DNA of 64,000 nucleotides from Orbicella franksi (Eukaryota): NCBI GenBank assembly GCA_964199315.1, contig OZ116701.1, positions 14,446,001 to 14,510,000 of the forward strand, read 5' to 3'. Shown piece by piece: positions 54,801 to 63,586 of this stretch (position 1 is its first letter; each line of letters starts with the position of its first letter). The notes under the pieces were generated by a model. It saw only the letters and a program-made list of their open reading frames with translations, ran no database searches and was not told where the DNA came from. The position numbers and the translations under genes were made by a program.

Positions 54801-56020
54801 AAAATTTATTGTACCTTCCAGAATTGTCTTTAGATAAGTTACAAGCAGATATCAATTATAATAATTAAAGGTGCCGGCACCGTGAAATAACTAAAAAGCT
54901 AGAAATGTCAGGGGTGTTTACGACGGAGGTACAATATGGTCAATAAATACTAACATGTACACTATTTACACATCATCAAACACACAAATATAACATTTAC
55001 AATGTTTAAAGCAATTTTCTAAAATCAAACCTAGCGACAGAAAGTTAGTTTGACTCGCCTACCTGATCCTGGTAGACGAGTCACAAGTAGCCATTGTTTA
55101 CATGGGAAATAAGTGGGCCACCCTATCTTCAGAGCGAGCGATCCTCTACCCAGGTAGGCGTACATCGTTTTCTCTAAACTGTTTCTTTCAACTCCCAGGT
55201 CTTGGTATCAATTCAGTCGCTCATTCTGGTTCACGAGCCTTACTTCAATGAGCCTGGATATGAGAGATCCAGAGGGACACCCGCTGGCCAGCAGAACTCG
55301 CGGGAGTATGATGCGAACATTTGCCAAGCCACTGTACGCTGGGCCATGTTGGAACAGTTAAGGAAGCCGTCACCATGCTTCAAACAGGTTAGTTTGCAAG
55401 TTAAGTAAGACAGTGAAACACTTCTCAATAAAGGGTTGGAGCAGCTTTCAGGTGATAAAGTTGTGGTACGACTACAAAGGAAGTTAGTTTCGGAGGATCC
55501 CGAAATCCCTGACGATTTTTGATGGTCGTCCGAAGTTTCCGAATGTCATCCGAACATTTCCGACCATTCCTGTACCATACCAGATGCTAAACATGTTTTT
55601 TATGCTATGAGAGAACGTTAATTCAAGTTTCCGTTCGCTCAAGAACAACTCCAATATATAGTTTCACTCCTTTCGTGTTCGGTGTGGTCGGAAGCATCCA
55701 AACTGTAACCCGTGTGGGGATTTGCTATGTCCTGTTCCTAGAATATAACGTTCCAGGTACTTTTGTATTAATTCCACTCGCTTGTTTAGGTTATCCAAGC
55801 TCACTTTTACCTGAAGAAGGATGAAATCCTTGAGCAGTGCGAACGATGGATCAAAGACACGGAAAGCTTGTTATCAGGGAGGCCAGTTGGCCGTGCCATA
55901 TCACATCACGTGCAGTCACTGAAGCAAAATACTGAGCTACTGAAACAGGAACTCGCCAAGCTTGAGCCACCTCCTGATCACAAGGAAGGAGAAGAGGACA
56001 GTGATGAGGAAAGTGACTAA
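15857..56020 (+). CDS. BIRC6: BIRC6/Bruce/Apollon giant IAP with E2 (UBC) domain, 43 coding exons, 13329 nt, about 4442 aa
   Basis: Exons: 15857-16034, 17206-17387, 18659-18811, 20258-20511, 20898-20943, 21843-21925, 22692-22765, 23932-23981, 24509-24598, 24862-25144, 25786-27099, 27501-27714, 28418-29014, 29593-29712, 30464-30724, 31560-31983, 32919-33218, 33558-33815, 34039-34778, 34948-35165, 36249-36565, 37120-37323, 37709-37889, 38395-39394, 40251-41047, 41457-41645, 41781-41981, 42589-42716, 42912-43051, 43804-43935, 44369-44566, 45445-45606, 45996-47731, 48400-48643, 49356-49512, 50297-50474, 50983-51196, 51953-52374, 52963-53192, 53849-54010, 54458-54535, 55199-55387, 55790-56020. All phases join into one frame. 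BIRC6 motifs [45 protein letters not shown] and [10 protein letters not shown] are present. Confidence 0.96.
17618..18031. mobile_element. MITE with CCGGG/GTAC-type termini
   Basis: Left CCGGGAAGGGACTCAACAAAGTTTTATACAGGGAGGCTTCACCCGAA versus right TTCGGGCAGAGCTTCCCCCTGTAGGCCATTATGGCAAGTACCCC; degenerate inverted termini. Confidence 0.55.
19078..20227 (+). mobile_element. tRNA-derived SINE split by a nested DNA element (SINE halves 19078-19184 and 20020-20227)
   Basis: The 5' half has A-box-like TGGCCTCATAGC and B-box-like GATTCCAGCCC. The 3' half (AGTGCCTCTCTCCACCCAGGTGTATAAATGGG...GCAGACTTTACC) continues the sequence found in the other intronic copies. Confidence 0.75.
19185..20019. mobile_element. 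835-bp non-autonomous TIR element with 5-bp TSD (CTTTA)
   Basis: TIRs CAGGGCTCGAAATT / AATCTCGAGTCCTG (12 of 14 match); CTTTA at 19180-19184 and 20020-20024. Confidence 0.8.
21474..21641. mobile_element. Degenerate CAGT-terminal MITE
   Basis: TA-CAGTCAAC at the left end and ...GTCCAACTG at the right end; same terminal type as 14888-15341. Confidence 0.4.
22127..22590. mobile_element. MITE with repeated GGCGCTTATT motifs
   Basis: Termini TACTATAAATCCTCCAATTAGCAC / GCGCTAATTCAAGCATATACATTA and many (G/T)GC(G/T)CTTATT copies. Confidence 0.55.
27895..28150 (-). mobile_element. Degenerate SINE copy (antisense)
   Basis: Reverse complement matches the 19078/20020 SINE body (TCCAGGGAGGAGTA...CTAGTTGCTTCATGCT). 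Confidence 0.6.
30180..30415 (+). mobile_element. Degenerate SINE copy
   Basis: CAAGACACTTTACACTCACAGTGTCTTTCACCACCCAGGTGCATAAATGAGTACC matches the SINE body. Confidence 0.6.
35969..36138. mobile_element. 170-bp near-fully palindromic MITE
   Basis: Outer CAATAGCCCTTTT / AAAAGGGCTATTG and inner GTGTATGTGAGGCAATTTCGGG / CCCGAAATTGCCTCGCATACAC. Confidence 0.8.
36783..36830. repeat. (GTT)n microsatellite
   Basis: About 15 GTT units. Confidence 0.95.
38050..38290 (+). mobile_element. Degenerate SINE copy
   Basis: GTGGTGGCCTGATTG...CCACCTGGGTGTATAAATGG...GGGAGTAG resembles the SINE body. Confidence 0.5.
39478..39550 (+). mobile_element. SINE 5' (tRNA-like) head fragment
   Basis: GTGGTGGTCAAATGGTTAG...GGTCCAGGTTCAAACCC, with A- and B-box-like motifs. 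Confidence 0.5.
42175..42395 (+). mobile_element. Degenerate SINE copy
   Basis: ATAAAATGGGTACTAGTG...CTCCTAGTCGCCTCATCCTACGGATACTGGGATGAG resembles the SINE 3' half. Confidence 0.5.
44897..45036. repeat. Long imperfect inverted repeat (about 55-bp arms, 30-nt spacer)
   Basis: CAAATTGACGTCAGTTTTTTATGCGTCTGTCCTCTTGTTGATGATAAATT pairs with AATTTATCATCAATAAGAGGATAGACACATAAAAAACTGACATCAATTTG. Confidence 0.9.
53085..55387 (+). other. BIRC6: UBC/E2 domain of BIRC6; catalytic Cys codon at 54461-54463
   Basis: LAQEVSSL...[30 protein letters not shown]...[20 protein letters not shown]...[22 protein letters not shown]. Confidence 0.95.
53529..53784. mobile_element. MITE-like element with about 26-bp inverted repeats
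   Basis: AATCCTCCGAAGGAAAAAAAGGTGGCG (53529-53555) versus CGCCATCTTTTTTCCTACGGAGGATT (53759-53784). Confidence 0.65.
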
Positions 56021-57469
56021 ACAACAACAAGGATTCATTCAGACAAATATTTTATTAAAGCGTTTGGTCCACCAAGCGTTCAGTACAACGCTGATTCGTC
56101 GAAGGGTCCGAGTTGACACTTCAATAGCTGCCAAAATATCACATGCCAGTTGGCTTTTCAGTGAAGTGAAGTGCTGTTTTTCTGCTGAAAGAGTAACGCC
56201 TTGATCATGAACGAAGAAGTTTTATTGTCCGACAGCTACCATTTACATATATGTTGAGCTGACAGGTTAAAAGGATTCCTTAGTGGAAGTCACAGAGCCA
56301 CGGATTCTGAATGGATTTTCCACAAAAACCAACAGTTTCCGATGTGGAAATCACGTACTGATTCTATTATAGGGAGATACTCGCTGATAGCCCCGTAAAT
56401 TTACCAGAATTGAGGAGATTAGATGTCACGTGAATAAATGAGTGGAATGGAATTGGAGTTACGACTGGTGTTGATGCTGACCGTGTCTGGGTGAAACTTT
56501 ATTGGACTAAAAGGCTATACATTGTGCTATCTTCATCTTTTCTGTTGTTAAAATATCTTTCCACTTGAAGGAACCTCAAATGCCAAGTAGGCGAAGCACA
56601 AAAACGCTTACATAAGTCATAAACTAAAGTTGAACAAGGAAGACCTAAGATGGACACGGATTTTGATTGAACTTCATTCAACAACCAAGACTCCTTTTAG
56701 TTGCTGCCAATATTGTATGACAAAAGTTTTATCATGCAAGTTAGTGAATAACTTCGCTATATATGAAATCTGCTGTGTTTGTTGTACGAATAACCCACAG
56801 TAGTTTGAATTTCCTTGAAAGTTTACGCAGTGTAAATTGAAGGATACTCAATAAGTATTTTTTTTTTATGTTCTGATCAATTTAGCTAATAAGTTCTAGT
56901 TCGTGCGTATTTGAATACGCACTGTATGGTTAAGGTTGGTATCATAGGCTTTTATCAACTGCAAAGTTGTTAAGTAGTGCGTATCAGATGTTATTTTTGT
57001 TTTAGTGACGAAAACTTAAATATTACTTTGAACTCGCACTGGACACTTACGTAAATGTTTAAAAGAAGGCTTCGTAATGTGAACTCTTCATTACTCGTTC
57101 TGTGCTCCTCCCTTATCAGTGGTAAATAGGAACTTAAGGGCTTAGGAAATTCTTTCCAGATTGCAAAAAATGGGAGAGGTTTTGTTTAGCCTAGACGATA
57201 CTTCTTAGTTGCAAAGTAAAGACAAAGCGTCTCGTTTTCAAATTGCGCAACTTAATAGGCGTTTAGAAAAACGGGAAAAACTTTCTCCAGATTTAGTATT
57301 TTGCCCTCCAAGAAAAACAATTGAAAGATAGGAGTGAATTCAGTAATTCTGAAAACTATGTCTATTTGCTGCACCTGAATAAACTTTGAAGTACATAACG
57401 CAAAGACGAGATTTACGTGTTCTGGGAAGTTTTTGGTGTATCACGCTCTGTCTCCGGTGGGGGGGGGGG

Positions 57470-57795
57470 GGTCCCTCTGTAATGAAAGAACAAGAAGAAT
57501 GTTAAAGTTGCTGGAAATGACTTCACGTATTTTCGGTAGGGTTGGATTAAATATTACTACAATATACGTCATTTCCAGCAACCTTAACATTCGTCGTTAT
57601 TCACAACGATATCTAGCAGCATTTTCTTCGCCTCATCGTATATCATACTGCCGTTGCCTACGTGTCATACTACACGTATTGGCCCTATACTAGCTAGGGC
57701 CAAACACCGCAGAGAACCCACCCTCTCCGGCTCCGGAAGCTTTCCGTTGTAACAGAAATAGGTGTAAAACGTGTCCTTTCATTACAGTGGGAACC
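57470..57795. mobile_element. MITE with about 22-bp TIRs and internal hairpins
   Basis: GGTCCCTCTGTAATGAAAGAAC / GTCCTTTCATTACAGTGGGAACC; internal 25-bp inverted repeat at 57497-57521 / 57568-57592. Confidence 0.7.
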
Positions 57796-58415
57796 ACGTC
57801 TTATACTTTTTTTTCTGCCAACGAACAAAGACGAATACGACGTCACATCACCTGCTCTTCTTCCAATCTGGTTCATATGATACAGTGCAACAAATGCAAT
57901 GTTCAATACATAGGCGAGACTAAACTTCATCTCAGCGACAGATTTGGTGAGCACAGACGCGCAATCGAAAAAGCCATCACACAACGACACATTGGTCAAC
58001 CCACCGCCATTTCAGATCATTTTACCCTTCCTGCCCAGTCTATGGACAACATAGAACTCGTCGCTCTCGAACTCATCAACTCAAATAGGGACGCTATTCG
58101 CAAGGCAATAGAAGCATTTTTGATTTCCAAGGGCAAGACCTTGAACCTTCTGGGTTAACCAGGCGTGACGAAATTTAATCTATTTACTTTTTTTATGTAT
58201 TCGCTTTAGTACACGTTCCCTTTTTCTTCATTTTTGTCTACCAATCATGTCACATGTTTCCTTAAATATCATTTCAATTTTGTAACCGTTTTATCCATAT
58301 CTACTTAGCTTCAGTGTAGCCCCTGAAGAAGGTTAGTACTGTCTAAACGAAATATTGGGCATTAAATTTACCTTCTTCAGCCGTCCGTTCAGCCTTTCAA
58401 TTGGTTTTATTACAA
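57796..58415 (+). mobile_element. 5'-truncated Penelope-like element: GIY-YIG endonuclease C-terminus plus 3' terminal region
   Basis: HITCSSSNLVHMIQCNKCNVQYIGET...RFGEHRR...AISDHF...RKAIEAFLI (CCHH-type GIY-YIG). A 1-nt frameshift near 58144 restores TLEPSGLTRRDEI* (stop 58176-58178). Confidence 0.88.
58319..58360 (+). ncRNA. Minimal type-I hammerhead ribozyme motif (Penelope-type, dimer-dependent)
   Basis: Stem I GCCC (58319-22) / GGGC (58357-60); CUGAAGA 58323-29; extra A; stem II GGUUAG-UACUGU-CUAAAC (one G-A mismatch); GAAA 58349-52; loopless palindromic stem III AUAU; AUU cleavage triplet 58354-56. Confidence 0.75.
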
Positions 58416-59727
58416 GGGTTCTCTAGTCTAATATCGTTCACTTTTACCTTTACTTTTAGATCGCTTTTTCAATTGATCGATCTCGAAATTTTGTTTGCTT
58501 TTGTACCTTGAAGCTTTTGGTTTATGAAAACATTGCAATTTATGACACATTTTTTGCCTCGTGTCCACGCGTCCAAAGTCGCGTGACCCTATTAAAAACT
58601 ATCATATATAAATGCGCACTTTCTGAGAATACTAAAGCAAATAGGTATAAATCACAGGAATTTAAAATTGTCAACAAGGTTCGGGTCAGGTCGAGTCATA
58701 TCGAATTGTACTCCTGAAAAGCCGGAATTAAAAATGAGCTCCTGTTTATTTCGCGTTAAACACTTGTTTGGTTCACAAGTGACACGGGCCTTTTGTTTCC
58801 ACACTGGTCTTTGTTCTCTCTGTAGCAAACAAATATTGTCCCGGGAAAAGTTGATGGTGACGTCTCGATGGCAAAGAGGCGCAATCGCGTAGTGAAGCAA
58901 ACAAAGGGAGGAAAACAGAGCTGAACTGGACGAACGGAGACCTCGCGGACAGAGGAGGTGGTAGCCGAGAAGGGAAGAAAGGTGAGAAGTTTCTTATTTT
59001 ACATTTTCAGGTAGTTAAGTTTTGTAGTCGCTTTGCGTGCAAATGAAGCGGACAAAGTCGGTCGCGGCAAACTGAGAGAAATGCAAGCAATTCCCACATT
59101 GAGGCCTCCGACGTTCAAATGTGAGATTCTGCCGCGGTTTTGGATATTCAGACAATTCAGTGGACTTGCATAGATACTCCCCGTACTGTTCTGAACAAGC
59201 AAAGTCCTTGTTCACCGTTTACACTGTTTACTCGCATGATCGCCATTTTGTCGGGTACGAAAACGCGCGGCTCCAAATAAATTACAGTGTCTGCAAGACT
59301 ATTGAGTCCAGTGTCACAATAACTTCGGAAAAACCAGTTCTGGAGATGTGATAAACTACACTCAGTGCGATTAAAGGCTTGGCAAATTTACGGGACACAA
59401 CTTCGCTAACCTCGCTGTATTTTATAATACCCCGCAGATGAGACTTGAAATTGACAGTCCACGCAGAAATCTACAAACAAAAGTACGTTGTTTAATGTTA
59501 AACCTTTTCAAACTCTGACCGACTCTATGAGCCATACATTATATTACATGCTGGTATTCCATGGACACATCATGCACAGTCAATGTAAAGCTCCCGTCCC
59601 CCAACCCGGGTATATTATTAGGCGGGGATTAGGCATTGCTGTTACCAAAGTGAACCAATGCCCAGCTATACGGGGCAATTTCAGTGTGTCAAATGCCCTA
59701 CCCTCTGGGAGTTGTAGTGTTACACGA

Positions 59728-59865
59728 NNNNNNNNNNNNNNNNNNNNNNNNNNNNNNNNNNNNNNNNNNNNNNNNNNNNNNNNNNNNNNNNNNNNNNNNN
59801 NNNNNNNNNNNNNNNNNNNNNNNNNNNNNNNNNNNNNNNNNNNNNNNNNNNNNNNNNNNNNNNNN
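59728..59865. other. Assembly gap (138 N)
   Basis: Run of n characters. Confidence 1.
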
Positions 59866-60847
59866 AATGGATTGTAGAAATAAAATATATGAATATAACG
59901 GCATCAGCAACTTGCTGGCGTGTGAGGATTCACAAGAAATAACGGAACACAAGCAGATAATTCATTAAAAGTTTAAATTACAGCAATCTCTACAGTTTAA
60001 CGATCCGAAGATTCGTGAAAAATATTAAGTACTCCGACGTGTTTGGGGTTTACTGGTGTTCAAAAGCTTTTCCCATAGACATTGCTTCTGGGAGCTTGTA
60101 GTACAATACGTGCATCAGAAGACCCACCAATTTCTTGTTTGCCCCCATAGCTATTAGAGGCAAATGGATATCTCTATCCAAGAACGTCTGGACAAATCAA
60201 TGATTTCAAAATGATCTCTTATGGGGAAAAGACTCGGTCTCGCTTGAAGTTTAAGTTAAAAATCTATCCCATGACAGGCCTTTCATCATCTGTCATAGAT
60301 TTTTATTTTCTTAGATAATTATTCTTGAAAAACTGTAAAAGCATCAGCTTATTTTGCCAATCAGACAACTAGTTTCGTTATAGCATCTTGTAAATCACGT
60401 CATCACTGACAACATTGAAACCGGAGTTTGCAAGTTTTCATAATATTTTAAAAGAACGCTACATTTTCATGTACCAAAACAACTCCTAGTCGCAGTAGCT
60501 ACTTCAGTTACCACTTTTACAGTTTTTTCCTTGATATTCAGATTTTCAGGTACACTTGCACGTTCCCGGTTGGTCGGTACACTTTCCATCGTTTTGACCC
60601 ATATAAATAGAACACAAGCAAGCAATGTATAGGTGTTACATCCATAGCTTTGTCTCCTGGCTTTGGCTGAGGCACCTTTTTGCTGTTGTTGTTCCTATTT
60701 TTGTTTAATTTGTTTATTTGTTACTCCGTTTGTATGTTTTTGTTGCTTTGTTCGCAGGATTTTTTTTCCTTTGCATTAGGAAAGATGGACTGAACAGAGT
60801 ATCTTATCGTGCTGATAGAGTTAGATTATCAGGAATAATTTACTCAC

Positions 60848-62138
60848 CAACGTTCATCTTGCAGCCTTTGAAGAATCAATACAGTGCAGATAGTTGCATC
60901 CTCCCCTGTAAACTCCGGTCAACTAGTAACCTTCTCTCTGACACTTGAGTGAGTCCTCTTTTGTCAAACGAGGTCCCGACATTCTCGTTATAGCACTGTT
61001 GATACCTATTTGGAAAACCGTTCGGCTTGCCCCATTCTCCCATCTCGATGTTATGCAACCAAGCATCATTGGTTCGTTAGAGGCCTCTCAAGAAATATCC
61101 AGTAGGACACCGCCAAGCTATTCGTTCTTATGAAAGAGAAGTTTGTTAGAAAATGTATCCCTTCACAGTGAGTCCTCACTTGTGTTATTACAAGGAAAGA
61201 CATCTGAAGTAGCAAAACTGATGTACAAGATGTAATTTTAATTAACAAATTTATTGATTGATTGATTGATTGATTGATGTATTTGTGGATTAGTTACTTG
61301 CCGAGAGCGTCCCACAATTAGAATCTCTGCAAGTTGCTTGCGTGTTTTGAAATGGAGCAGGAGCCGCGCAGCACTTGGCTTTTTCTATTAGGAAGATCTT
61401 ATCGTTTTACCCCAGGTATTACTCATTAAAAGTCCAGTGATATAGTTTGGATGAATCGCATTGGACCCAGCCTTTTTGGTCGAAAGCTTTCCCCAGTTTG
61501 CTATCTTGCAGCCATCATGCATCATACAGTATTTGAATTTTTCGATACGATACAACTTGTCACAGCCTCCTCTGTAAACGCCCGCCACGTAGTGGTCGCT
61601 ATCACACTTACTCAAACCTTTATTGTCAAATGATTTGCTAACGTCGTGGTCATGACAGCGTAGATAGCTATTTGCCAGGTTGTTAGGCTTACAGTAGTGG
61701 CCTTCCTCTATGTTGTGAAGAGTTAAGGGCTTTTCTTCACTTAACTCATTCTCCTGATTGTAAAACCCGATGTTGAACGGCGCTTATGTGGAAGTGGCCG
61801 AGGAATGAACCGGTAGTTGCTCGAGGTGGTCTATACAAAGTACCTATGATTGGGAAGAGACACTCACTTGTCCAATGTTCCCCACCAGGAACAAGTAGAC
61901 GCTCTGTTTTGATTTGGCGGAGGCGCCCTGCAGCATCTTCCTTCTTCGAGCAAAGTAATTGGGTCGTCGTTACGCTTGTTATTTCCGCTATAAAACCCCT
62001 TGAGGTATTCTATAGAGGATCCACACTGAGAGCATCCCTGTTTGTCAAACGAGCCCCACCAGTTTGCTGTTCTGCGTTGACTCCAACACAGATCCGCCGT
62101 CAGTAGAGAGTGACCACGGAAAAAAGGAAAAATTTCAT
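60848..62138 (-). pseudogene. Decayed secreted Cys/Trp-repeat protein gene resembling the biomphalysin/aerolysin-type N-terminal (small-lobe) domain, two tandem modules
   Basis: Signal-peptide-like MKFFLFSVVTL at 62138; ANWWGSFDKQG..QC...YLKGFY...DDPITLLEEGRCCRAP; LHNIEEG..CKPNNL...SFDNKG..KC...YVAGVYRGGCDKLYRIEKF; KAFDQKGWVQC...KAKCCAAPAP; CPTGYFLRGL*RT..WLHNIE...SFDKRG...GY*LTGVYRGGC. In-frame stops at 61077-61079 and 60923-60925, several frameshifts, and a lost exon-2 acceptor. Confidence 0.75.
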
Positions 62139-63485
62139 CTTGACTGTACAGTTGATCTCTTCATGACTATTGATCTCTTCATGACGTCATATATATTATC
62201 ATGGCAACCTTCCACCAAACCTCATCAAACAAGGTTTAGGAATAGATTAACTGATTCTTAAGTTATCACAGAAGGAAAAAAGCAAAATTTTTTTGATTTT
62301 CTGAAATTCTCACACTAAATATGAAAAATAAAGATCTACCAATTTCTGAAAATTCTATTTTTATACCTGTTTTACTTCAGGAGATATAAAGCAAAAAGTA
62401 ATTTGAGAGTAGAACGGAAGGCGCTAGATTGGTGACACTTCATGTCAACTTCTTCTCGTCACCTAATTAGCAAACTTTGGCTGCAACGGACGGTGACCGC
62501 AAGTTGAAAGTTCTCACCCCTGATGCCCACTCTTTTTGATCGGTACGGGTTGGTTTAAAATGCTAAAACGACGACTTTCCAGTTGATCCATTCGCGTCAA
62601 AGTTCGCCAGAATTGTTTCCGATCCTTTTCCGGTTGCAGTCCGCGTCTAAAAAACGTCGCTGCTGGATTTCGCTAAATTAACGATTGCAAAACTACTATT
62701 GATTTACGATAACGCAATGTACAGTTTTGTACAGGCACTATCAAGTCTACTTTCTGTAGTTCTTTCCGAAACCCAGAGCGACTGATCTTTTGATTCAAGT
62801 GTTTTTATCAAGCCGTTATCATGTCCAAAAGCGTCAAAAGTCCCATTGGCCGATCTAGAAAAAGAAAAAAACGGAAAATTTCATTGCAGTCTCAGAAATG
62901 TGATGAATCCCAAAAGAGTGTCTCAGATATTTGAGTTTTTCTCTTACTTTTTGAGTTAAAGCGTCTGCATTACAAATCTTGCTCAAAGCGCCACTTTGAA
63001 GTTAAAAAATTGATTAAGAAATAACGAAGCAATAAAATATACAAATCCCAGACACCCTTGTTTAGTTCAATATGTGCAGATCACGTTCGGATGAAAAGCA
63101 AAGGGTGTTGATTAAAAGCGTCGTCAAATAAACTCATCTTGCAAAACGTCTTAGCGTGGAAGAATAAACTCCCATTCTGTTTATAAATGGCCAAAATTGT
63201 AAAAATAAACTAGTTATCTGAAATCAGTGTCTATTGGGCTTTAAGAAAATGTATACTGTTGTAGGGATAGCGCGAATACTTTACACGCTCAGTTTGATTG
63301 AAAACGCAAATTTTGCTTCTGTGATACCTTAAGATAAAACAAAGCAAAGAAAAACCCCACACTCAATTTCTCGCACTGTACAGCTTAACAATGCCATCTT
63401 CCAAGGAACACACGCGCAATTACTATTAGGTTGTAGGTTTGAGTGATGCTTGAACATTGCAGTGAACACCACAAGCATGATTAAC

Positions 63486-63586
63486 AATTAGATTATGAAC
63501 TCGAGATTTCTATGAAGTGATAGTTGATGAGGCCGAAGGCCGAATCAACTATCACTTCATAGAAATCGAGAGCGAATAATCTAATT
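63486..63586. repeat. Long palindrome: 24-bp perfect stem capped by GA-GGCC-GAA-GGCC-GA
   Basis: 63505-63528 is the exact reverse complement of 63544-63567; outer AATTAGATTAT / ATAATCTAATT arms. Confidence 0.92.

Noticed and set aside
59488-59968. ORFs spanning the N run
   Set aside because: Artefacts of translating across the assembly gap.
60540-60605. EGF-like exon (QNDGKCTDQPGTCKCT) continuing the pseudogene
   Set aside because: Cys spacing is incomplete, there is no acceptor, a stop follows immediately, and the stretch looks like interspersed repeat.
63522-63550. Hammerhead ribozyme TTGATGA-GGCC-GAA-GGCC-GAAT
   Set aside because: The core has C3U and GAAU in place of GAAA, there is no stem III or NUH site, and the flanks pair with each other as a simple hairpin.
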